32,000 bases of DNA from Trichodesmium erythraeum IMS101. Lineage in GTDB: Bacteria; Cyanobacteriota; Cyanobacteriia; Cyanobacteriales; Microcoleaceae. Within the stretch, counting starts at the first letter, position 1, and the number at the start of each line of letters is the position of its first letter. Location: positions 7,680,001 to 7,712,000 of the forward strand of contig NC_008312.1 in NCBI RefSeq assembly GCF_000014265.1, given 5' to 3'. Below the pieces are notes generated by a model, which had not been told where the DNA came from, did not search any database, and saw nothing but the letters and a program-made list of their open reading frames with translations. The translations under genes were made by a program, and so were the position numbers. Shown one piece after another: positions 20,906-29,435 of this stretch.

Positions 20906-21834
20906 TTCTATAGAACCTATTTGGGATCTTTTTTTGCCGTTCAGGCGATCGCCAATCTCTTAAGCATAAGTCTAACAAAACAAAGATTAATCTTGGTGGT
21001 GGCATTCTCAAGAGTTCTTTCAAAGTTTTTGACTAAACTCTTACATCTTTCCATCCAAGAATTAGTTCTTTCAATGACCCATCTAGCTTTGACGGGTACA
21101 AAACCCCTTTGTCCCTGCTTCTTCTTCGAGGGCTTTCGAGGGCTTAGGTGAGAGCTTAAACCGAATCTTGGTCATAATCGCTGGATAAATTTTTTTCAAC
21201 TCAATCGTTAATTTTTCCGGGTGATATCCGTATGTCTGAAGAATAGTGATTTTAGGAATATTGACAGGTTTAGATTTGAAGTAATTAATATTGTCAGACA
21301 ACATTTCAATTAATCCCACATCATCAGAGACTGATGCTTTAGTACAATGAGTAAAAAAAGGAAAACCGAGGCTATCTACTGCTAGATGCCGCTTGATTCC
21401 ATTAGTACTCTTGTAAAAGCAAAATCCTTTCGACTCTGTACTTGCATTACAAGTATTTTTGACTGCTTGTGAGTCAATGATGATTAAAGTTGTCCCGGAG
21501 CGCTTTTTTTTTTACCTTTTGACGCAGTTGTCCATGTAAAACATCTCTAATCTTCTCAATTACCCCTTCCAATACGCCATTGTTTGTAGTGCCAAAATAC
21601 CGTCGAATAAGGAGGTAAATCCTTGGGTAAATCACACCAGTTACAACCATTCTTAAGTTGGTAGAGAACACCATCCAATATTTCTCTTTTAGTCCATTTG
21701 GGGGGTTTAGTTCTTTTCTTTTTGGGTAACAGGGGTTCAATTATAACCCACTCCTCATCTGTCAAGCTACTAGAATATGGCATTTTCTATCCATTATAGT
21801 CTTTCAGAAAGATCCCAAATGGCTTCTATAAGAA
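20906..21834 (-). mobile_element. IS5-family (IS427/IS1031-like) insertion sequence, copy 2, transposase split over at least 4 frames
   Basis: Inverted repeats are ttctatagaacctatttgggatct (20906..20929) and agatcccaaatggcttctataagaa (21810..21834). The reading MPYSSSLTDEEWVIIEPLLPKKKRTKPPKWTKREILDGVLYQLKNGCNWCDLPKDLPPYSTVFWHYKQW continues in other frames as GVIEKIRDVLHGQLRQKVKKK.., then ..GLIEMLSDNINYFKSKPVNIPKITILQTYGYHPEK.., then GFVPVKARWVIERTNSWMERCKSL. One shift falls at T10 (21504..21513). Confidence 0.8.
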
Positions 21835-21960
21835 CTAGCTGGGGATAAAATATTAGGTAGACATTTCGATCATATTACTTTCTATATATGCAGAAAATCC
21901 AAGAAATTCAGGAAATAGTTTTTATTGCGTTCTCCACGATAAAGCTCTAATTGCCAGGGA

Positions 21961-22215
21961 CTAGTATTCCACGTCGACCGCCACTAGCTGAGATGGGTTC
22001 GAGTAATCAACATACAAATTGAACCATGATGAGTATATATTGGTTATTCGAAATAGCTTTCCGTTTTTTAGATACACATGACAGAGTAATTCAATTACTA
22101 AGAATTCAGCTACCGGGACCTGCTTCTCATTTGCATACACATCAGATATATTAACAAAAAATGCTATCAAGAGAACTGATAATGTCGTTCCCACTACTTT
22201 CAGGATCTTTTGCAT
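21961..22215 (-). CDS. small hypothetical protein with signal-peptide-like N-terminus
   Basis: 84-aa ATG ORF with N-terminus MQKILKVVGTTLSVLLIAFFVNISDVYA. No family recognised. It could be spurious in AT-rich DNA. Confidence 0.25.
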   Translation of the reverse strand: MQKILKVVGTTLSVLLIAFFVNISDVYANEKQVPVAEFLVIELLCHVYLKNGKLFRITNIYSSWFNLYVDYSNPSQLVAVDVEY

Positions 22216-22545
22216 CTTTTTTTCCTTGCACTTAACTTTTTTCGAGTAACTTCAGCTTTTGCCTCTTTTGATCATGAATCATAATTTTAGGTCTTTATAG
22301 TTCCCTCACCTAATTAAGCAAAAAAACTATTATCGCAAAACTACTTCTTTTACTAATTCTTTATCTGAATTCATAATTAGGATAGTAGCGCCTTATAAAA
22401 AACAGGGCGCTACGGCATTGAGTTCTTAAAGCTTGTAGAGTCCGAGAAGTTGCGAGACTCTTAAGGGAGAAGCCTAAACTTTAGCATTAGGTTAGTCTGG
22501 AAGTATGTAACTAACTCTAATAATTAATAATGATACGATCTATAT

Positions 22546-22920
22546 CTGATATCATGTCCGGTTGAATAGTTTAAATTAAAGTTCTTAGTAGGGCAAGAAC
22601 CCTAAATGCAGATTAATTGCTTTACCCTAAACTAGGATAATGTTTATGGAGCAAGAATTACATAGGTTGTACTTCCTCCTAAACTTCTACTTTTTAAGTA
22701 AGCCACTTATTTCTCTGTGGGGAACCAAGATAGTCAAACTGGGGGTGAGGATAAATATCCACTATGCGATCGCTAAAAATATACTAGACTTTAGGAATAC
22801 ATCAGCTAACCTATATAAAGATTTCAAGACTTGTGGGTTAAGTATAGTTGTGCAGATAAGACTCTTGCCCTACTACAAACCATATGCTTTTTATCACTAA
22901 TTATCCGGGCATGATATTAG
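22546..22920. mobile_element. MITE-like element or decayed IS bounded by about 57-bp imperfect terminal inverted repeats
   Basis: The left arm is ctgatatcatgtccggttgaatag...gttcttagtagggcaagaac (22546..22602). The right arm is actcttgccctactac...ttatccgggcatgatattag (22860..22920). Cores atatcatgYccgg and tagtagggcaaga pair in inverted orientation. There is no convincing transposase inside. Confidence 0.5.
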
Positions 22921-23058
22921 AGCTGATTTATCAAGTAAATATTAAAAAACCAAATTCCTTGCTATGCTTAGATTTTGCAAGTTGTTAGTCCAGTCAACCT
23001 CAAATTACTAAAACCTAGGCAATATTAATACTACCAGTTCAGTTTACATACTCAACTC

Positions 23059-24384
23059 TTATTCAACCTTCCTAAATTTAACTTTTAAACCATCACGGGG
23101 ATAAGGTGTAGGTGCTGCCACTACACTTAAGTCTTGCTCTGGCAAAAGTTCCCATTCATAACCACGCAACAACATAACTGCAAAAATTTTCATCTCTAAG
23201 CGAGCAAACTCTTTACCCAAACATTCTCGCATCCCACCACCAAAGGGAACATAACCAAATACTTTTTGTTTATCTACAGCATTTTCTGGTGCAAAACGTT
23301 CAGGATCAAAATTTTTATCGTCTGGGTAGAGAGTTTCATCTTGATGAGTTTTAGCAATTTGATACTGAACTAACCAACCTTTAGGAATTGAATACCCACA
23401 GAATTCACAGTCTTGAGTTACTTGTCGGAAACCACCCCCCACAGGTGGAATTAATCTCAAGACTTCCTTCAAAACCATATCTAGATAAGTCATCCGTTTG
23501 AGATTTTCTAGAGTTAGTGGCTCTATAGCAGAAAACTGCTTTTGCTCTTGACGAAGGCGAGTGAGTACATCTAGGTGTTGACTGGTTAATAGACAGAAGG
23601 AAGCGATCGCCGAAGTTAAGGTCTCGTGACCAGCAAACAATAACAACAATATTTGGTCTTTCAACTCATCCAAAGATAAACCATTAACCTCTTTATCCTG
23701 CGCTTGTAAAAGTATTCCCAAGGCATCCTCACCCAAATTTTGCTGTTGCTGTCGTTGCAGAATAATCTCTTCAATATGTTGGAGCAACTTTTGCCGACAA
23801 CGGAGTGATTTTCCAAACCTTGTCCAAGGCAACGATAGGGGAATAGAAAATAAACCTTTTACCCACTCCTCAAATAAACTAACTAATTTTGTTTGGGAAC
23901 TTTCATCACTACCCATAAACAAAAGACTAGCAATATCAAAAGTATAGTTACGAATCTCAGGATACCAGGTTAACGTACCCATCTCTACCCACTTTTCCAG
24001 ATAGTTAGCAGTCATAGTTTCTATTGCAGGAGCATAATTAGCCAAAGCTCTTGGTTGAAAAGCTTGTGCTAATAGTCTACGCCTTTGTTGGTGGACACTA
24101 CCTTGTTGGACAGATAGAGAATCAGGGTCTAATAAAATCCTAGTACTTTATGGCTACTTGGCCAAAAAGTACTTATTTTCATTGGAAAACAAAAATTTAT
24201 TGGGTTCTGCTCCAGCTAAAAATATTGTGGGGTTGCCAAAAATATGACTTTTGTAGATTTTTCCATACTTTTTTTCTCGTTTTTCAGCAAAGTTGTTATC
24301 TCTTAAAAAACTAAGAGTTTCACCTACAAGAGGCAAACCAAAACTTCCTGGTGGTAAAGGGAATTTAGTATTTGTGTTAGTCAT
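23059..24384 (-). pseudogene. cytochrome P450 (CYP120-like) inactivated by two in-frame nonsense codons
   Basis: The two tracked ORFs (24154..24384 and 23059..24045) are in the same frame. The junction reads ..NKYFLAK*P*STRILLDP.., where CYP120A1-type proteins (from memory) have ..ATWPLSTRILLGP... The stops are TAG (24154..24156) and TAA (24148..24150). The heme loop FGGGMRECLGKEFA, EVLR and AGHETLT are still intact. Confidence 0.85.
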
Positions 24385-24491
24385 AGTAGTATTTTAGGAA
24401 ATAATAGGTTAAAAATAAGATCAAAACCTTATATAATAATGTTTTACATATTCTACTTGTTCAAATAAAGCAGTTATCCAAATAGCAGTTG

Positions 24492-25079
24492 TCAAATCAC
24501 TTCATCAGCAAAGCTAGCCCAACGAACAAACTCAAAGGGTCCAGCGATCGCTCCCCAGACTTGTTGATCAGTTTCCGGGTCATATCCTGTGTCATGGCTA
24601 ATAAATTTATGTTCATTTATCTCAAAATAACTTTTTAGATAAGTACTTTTCCCCTCACGAACTACAGTACAACCTTTTCCTGGTTCGACCTCACCTTTAA
24701 AACTCTTACCCGTCCATTTAGTAATAAAGGTGCAACCAGGAAGTTTTTTAATATATTCAGTTTTGAGGTTTTTCAGACGTTGAGGGTCACGGGAAGCTCC
24801 ATAAAATTCTGCTTCTTGATCAATAATGTAGTTTTCAATCTCTATATGGTTTTCCGAAGGGACTAATTTAAGAACTCTAACTCGGTAGGGTTGATTTAGA
24901 GTAATGTCATAAGCTTGTTCTAGATATAGGCTAAGTCCATTAAGTAGTTGATATGGAAGTGGACGCATACATACGCGAATGTGGGCAAAGAGAGGTGGAT
25001 TATCAAAGGCCTGTTGTTGGTTACTGAAGTCAGCAGCAAACCAACGAGCTAAGGTAGTAATATCTGTTGAATGGGTCAT
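24492..25079 (-). CDS. cpcT: phycobiliprotein chromophore lyase, CpcT/CpeT family
   Basis: 195 aa. The N-terminus MTHSTDITTLARWFAADFSNQQQAFDNPPLFAHIRVCMRPLP and the region ..LEQAYD...PYRVRVLKL are characteristic of T-type lyases. Confidence 0.9.
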   Translation of the reverse strand: MTHSTDITTLARWFAADFSNQQQAFDNPPLFAHIRVCMRPLPYQLLNGLSLYLEQAYDITLNQPYRVRVLKLVPSENHIEIENYIIDQEAEFYGASRDPQRLKNLKTEYIKKLPGCTFITKWTGKSFKGEVEPGKGCTVVREGKSTYLKSYFEINEHKFISHDTGYDPETDQQVWGAIAGPFEFVRWASFADEVI

Positions 25080-25080
25080 T

Positions 25081-25101
25081 TCAGTTATCAGTTATCAGTT
25101 A
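25081..25101. repeat. perfect tandem heptamer (TCAGTTA)x3, STRR-type, in the cpcT leader
   Basis: Read directly from the sequence. On the coding strand it is (TAACTGA)x3 and ends 1 nt before the cpcT ATG. Confidence 0.9.
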
Positions 25102-25661
25102 GCCTCTCCCAGGAAGTACTAGTTTTTTTTTCGTGTCCTAATCAAACAGTACCTCTAACTACAAGGAAACTGGAAATGGGGAATTTTCTTTTTCATCCCT
25201 TCTAGAACAATGATAGCTAGTAGTACATCCAAGGATAGGCTATTTATTTGGTAATATTTAGCAAGAGAACTTGTACAAGTCTATAATTTCATCTGTAATG
25301 ATATCTCATTAACTTGATAGAAACAATTAGAGCCAAACTTTGAAAGCGTTTTGCTGTGCAACATAAAAAAGGAAGAGAAACTTTCTTTACCGAAAAATTG
25401 GGTTTAAAGTTTACCCTTTTTAGAGAGACTTTGTGCTTTTTTTTAAAAAAAAAATATATTGTCTAAAATCACTATAAAAACAAGTAGCCACAAGGTTGTA
25501 GCACTTGCAACTATTAAACTAGAGTTATGAGGCTCTATTGATTTAAATATTATAAGATCCCCATAAGCACCCAAAAGAAATAAAAGAAGTTATTAACATT
25601 ACTGATAAGTCAAGTAAAAAAAAATTAATATAAAACGCTCAAATTATTATAGTCGTTAATT

Positions 25662-26777
25662 GGCTTTGTTGCATGAAAGTAGCGATCGCCGACAACTCCC
25701 CTAAGTGAAGTAAACTAGATTTCAACTTTGTAGCTCTGGGGTTTACTTATTTGAATCATACCCTTAAGCATGGCACATTGTATGAACAACTCCACTGCCT
25801 GGTTATCAAATTTTCGTCGTCGCAACTTGCATCCATTTATTACCTTAAGTCTAAACATAGTGGTAACTATTGGAGGAGCGTCGATGGTAGTCACTTTCAC
25901 CCTTCCATTTTTGAGGTCCTACTTTTCTGATTCTTCTACGGTTTTTATCTCTGGGATAAGGTGGGCATTTAAAGTTGCCTAGTTGACCTATTAGCGCATT
26001 TTTTCTTAGTGGAGTTGTTGCCTTTACTCCTCGTTACCTAGCTTTTTCATAACACTTATATTTTTTATAGGCTCCGTCTCCTGACATTTGGGCTACAATT
26101 CCATCTACTCCGTCTAACAGCTCAGAAAATACAAGAGAGACACTGACATCATTAGTAGTAACTACCCCACTGATAATTTACCCCGTGGCCTCATTGACTC
26201 CTAGATGTAATTTACGCCATGTACGCCGTTTACTGATACCATGAACTATTGTTTTCCATTCATCCCCCCGTAAACTTTCACTCTTGCAGAGTCTACTTCC
26301 ATCTCAATTGCCTCAGCATGTTGGTATAACTGGCATTTGGATATTCAGTTTTTGTAATCGACGAGATACAGTACTATGGTCTGATACTGGCAGATATAAG
26401 TCCATAAATTTAAGTATAGATTCCACGAAACCTTCGCTTTGGCGTCCGGCCAGACCAAACATGAATTATATAGTTACCATAAATTTAATAGCTGTGTCAC
26501 TGTACCTATTAGATAGTCCCCCACCTCCATTTTTTGTCTAATTAAGCCACTCCTGAACCACTTCCGGAGTCAGTCAAAAAGTGATACTTCCTCCCTGTTG
26601 TAAGGAAGCATCATACTCCGACCACTTTTTGAGCCGATATAAGGACTTGGACTTAGACTTGAACTTGGACTTAGATTTACTCTTGCTCTTATGTACTGAC
26701 TATAGTTTTTTGTACCATCTTCACTTCTTAATTTTTACCATCTAATCATCTTTATGTGCAACAAAGCCTCGTCAATT
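25662..26777 (-). mobile_element. IS903-like (IS5 family) insertion sequence with transposase pseudogene and 9-bp target duplication
   Basis: Both ends carry GGCTTTGTTGCA (25662..25673 and the reverse complement of 26766..26777), the classic IS903-type terminus. The flanks tcgttaatt (25653..25661) and tcgtcaatt (26778..26786) form an 8/9 target duplication. Internal minus-strand reading includes KWSEYDASLQQGGSITF..., ISKRRTWRKLHLGVNEATG, DGAYKKYKCYE and RRKFDNQAVELFIQCAMLKGMIQISKPQSYKVEI, with several stops. Confidence 0.85.
26643..26678. repeat. tandem hexamer (GGACTT-like)x6 inside the IS903-like element
   Basis: ggactt ggactt agactt gaactt ggactt agattt. On the transposase strand this encodes a KSKSKFKSKSKS-type tract near the N-terminus. 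Confidence 0.8.
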
Positions 26778-26971
26778 CCTTAAAATTTTTTCATAGTTGG
26801 TACTCCAAGAGACAAGATATTTATATATCTATTTTCTCTATTCCGTAAAAACGAGTCATGCTTAAATTCATTCTCTCAAATAAATCAAAAAAAAATCATT
26901 CTGGAAATCAACAAAATCTAACCATTTTCAATATTTATAGAATCTTTCTCTAATATCTTCTCTCTATTTTT

Positions 26972-27616
26972 TCAACACAAATTTTCAATAGCAATTTGCG
27001 CCCTAGCTCTAACTGCTAAAGTTGTATCTGTATCACCAATTTTATGAATACCAGTTAAAATATCTTTAAACCAGCTTTGACCACTAACTTTAACCACTTT
27101 TGCTAAACCTTGCAAACCTACAACAGCAGCATAACGCACTACCCATTCTGGATCTTGAGATACTTGCAACAGGATTTGAAAAACACGCTGTTGAGCTTGA
27201 TTTATTTCTGTTTCTGATAATTTTTCCCAATGAATAAAACCTAAACCTCTAGCTGCAGCCCTTCGTACACTAAAAGAAAAATCATTTGCTGCACTATCCA
27301 ACAATATTTCCAACCCACGAGGGTCACCAATACCCGCTAATGCTCTTATTGCCCAAGCTCTAGCACCATAGTTATAACCATCAAGTGTTTCTAGAAGTTT
27401 GAGTACTGCAGGTTCCCCTATTTCAACTAATCCATCAACTGCTGCAACTGCTGCACCAGGGTTATTATAACCCAATACCTTAATTAATATTGGGATAGCT
27501 TCTTTGATATGAGCTTCTGCTAAATCTTTAACCGCATCTATTAAAGTTTGAGAAGAGTCTGCTTCTTCAACTGCTCTGATTAATTGATTATCTATTATTG
27601 AAAGTTGATTATTCAT
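26972..27616 (-). CDS. cpcF: phycocyanobilin lyase subunit beta (HEAT-repeat)
   Basis: 214 aa of HEAT/PBS-lyase repeats (AIRALAGIGDPRGLEILL, VRRAAARGLG, VRYAAVVGLQGL). It lies immediately downstream of cpcE. Confidence 0.9.
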   Translation of the reverse strand: MNNQLSIIDNQLIRAVEEADSSQTLIDAVKDLAEAHIKEAIPILIKVLGYNNPGAAVAAVDGLVEIGEPAVLKLLETLDGYNYGARAWAIRALAGIGDPRGLEILLDSAANDFSFSVRRAAARGLGFIHWEKLSETEINQAQQRVFQILLQVSQDPEWVVRYAAVVGLQGLAKVVKVSGQSWFKDILTGIHKIGDTDTTLAVRARAQIAIENLC

Positions 27617-27693
27617 TATTACTTAGACTTAAATTGCTTCTAAAAAAAAATTTTTGTAGTCACTTTTCAGTATAAGAGGTATCAATGAAGGTT

Positions 27694-28563
27694 TTATAGA
27701 AGCGAGTCCATTAGAGTCATTACCTCAATAGCCTCATCCGATAATAATAGTTGAGATCCTACCTTTGACTCTTGAGTTTTAACTTTTGAATTTATTGTAA
27801 GGTGATGCTCTAAAAGTCCTTTCAGAGCAATTAATTTCATACTATTTTCGGCTAAAGTTTCTGATATTGCCTTAGCTGCCGGTAAATAACCAATAGCTGC
27901 TAAATCTAATAGTGCGGAGCGTCGTAAATGTAAGTTATCACCCTCTAATGCTTGAGTCAAATATTCTCCATATACTACCTCTCCTGTAAGTTGATACAAA
28001 GACCTAGCAGCAGCATATTGTACTTTTTCTGAAGGATGTTCTATAAAAGGCTTAATTAGAAAAATTGCTTCTTCAGCCTGTAGTGTTCCTAAAGCTTCGA
28101 TAATATTTTCGTAGGGTTGAATCAAATGAGGTTTACCAGGAAATAAAACTGCAGCTTCAACACCTCCGTCTAAAAGTTTGATTAACGCTGAAATACAACT
28201 AGGGTCTCCTAACATTTCTAATGCTTCTGTTGCTGCTTCTCGTACATAATAGTCAGAACATTGCAAACACTCTATCAAAACAGGTACAGCTTTTTTATCT
28301 TTTAACTTACCCAGAGCGCGAGCAGCATTCCGTCTTAGGGGATATCCACCGTTTTCTGTACGGTCAGACTCATCTTTCAATGCAGCAACCAAACCTTCAA
28401 TAGCATCGGGAGTATTAACTCTAAACCTACCTAACCACCAGGCAGCATAATATCGTTTACCTAATTCTTCATGTTGTAGATTAGCGATCGCTTCTTGCAC
28501 ACTTAGAGACTCTTTATTCTCTAATACTTCTGATGATGGTAATTCCAAATATTGCTGCTCCAT
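27694..28563 (-). CDS. cpcE: phycocyanobilin lyase subunit alpha (HEAT-repeat)
   Basis: 289 aa. Signature RYYAAWWLGRFRV followed by repeated HEAT units (RRNAARALGKL, VREAATEALEMLGDP). Confidence 0.9.
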   Translation of the reverse strand: MEQQYLELPSSEVLENKESLSVQEAIANLQHEELGKRYYAAWWLGRFRVNTPDAIEGLVAALKDESDRTENGGYPLRRNAARALGKLKDKKAVPVLIECLQCSDYYVREAATEALEMLGDPSCISALIKLLDGGVEAAVLFPGKPHLIQPYENIIEALGTLQAEEAIFLIKPFIEHPSEKVQYAAARSLYQLTGEVVYGEYLTQALEGDNLHLRRSALLDLAAIGYLPAAKAISETLAENSMKLIALKGLLEHHLTINSKVKTQESKVGSQLLLSDEAIEVMTLMDSLL

Positions 28564-28848
28564 TCCTATATTTATAAAGTCTTTTTCTTAAATAAAAACC
28601 AAAAAATCAGGTCAATTGCCTTTCCTAAGAGTTGGAATCAAAAAATGAACTTCAGTATTCTTAAGCTGGATGCTTCCGTCGGAGCTAATCATCACTCCAA
28701 TAACGACGCCCGGACAGATTAACAGATACTAACTACAGAGCAGCACCTATATAACTGTCCCGGCTACGTTTAATATTAAAATTAGCTTAGGGTAGTTAAG
28801 TTAGTAAAGATTAATTTTACATTCACCACTTAGTTAACATTTTAACTA

Positions 28849-29337
28849 CTAGCTTAGAGCGTTAATCGCATAATCAATGTAATTATTGGCTTCAGTTGCA
28901 CCTTGACCAGTAATACCGTGATTAGCCTTAATATACTTAAGAGCTTCAATGTACCAGCTAGGAGACAACTCAAAAGTGCTATTGATTTCACTTATTCCTG
29001 CAATGAGTATCTCATCCATAGGACCTGTACCACCAGCAATCAGACAATATGTTACCATCCGCAGATAGTAGCCAATATCGCGGGAACACTTCTGCTTTCC
29101 TATTTCAGTAGAAGCATAGTTTGGTCCTTGCATAGTAGTAGTATAGGGGAACTTATTGTATACTGCTGTAGCAGCTCCATCAATCAAGGCTTGAGACTTC
29201 TCACTCAGAGTTTTAGCAGCTTCTAAGCAAGCCTGAGCACGACCAAAACGACCTAAGGCAGCACTGAGTTCTACGTTAGTTAGAAAGCGACCTTGAGAAT
29301 CAGCAGCACTTACTGCTTCAGTTAGAGGAGTTTTCAT
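28849..29337 (-). CDS. cpcA: phycocyanin alpha subunit
   Basis: 162 aa. Chromophore Cys-84 context is [33 protein letters not shown] is typical of CpcA rather than PecA or CpeA. Confidence 0.93.
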   Translation of the reverse strand: MKTPLTEAVSAADSQGRFLTNVELSAALGRFGRAQACLEAAKTLSEKSQALIDGAATAVYNKFPYTTTMQGPNYASTEIGKQKCSRDIGYYLRMVTYCLIAGGTGPMDEILIAGISEINSTFELSPSWYIEALKYIKANHGITGQGATEANNYIDYAINALS

Positions 29338-29435
29338 TTTTAAGGTATTTAAGTTATTATTCTGATTACAGTTATATTTGGTAAAACTTTTGAAGGCATA
29401 AAGATGCTGAGAGCTATCACTTAACTTGGTTTCTT

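Noticed and set aside
28564-28848. cpcD or cpcC remnant in the cpcA-cpcE spacer
   Set aside because: I translated all three coding-strand frames by eye. Stops appear every 10-20 codons and nothing resembles the CpcD motif (..RVF.YEV.GL..). A blastx would still be the decisive test.
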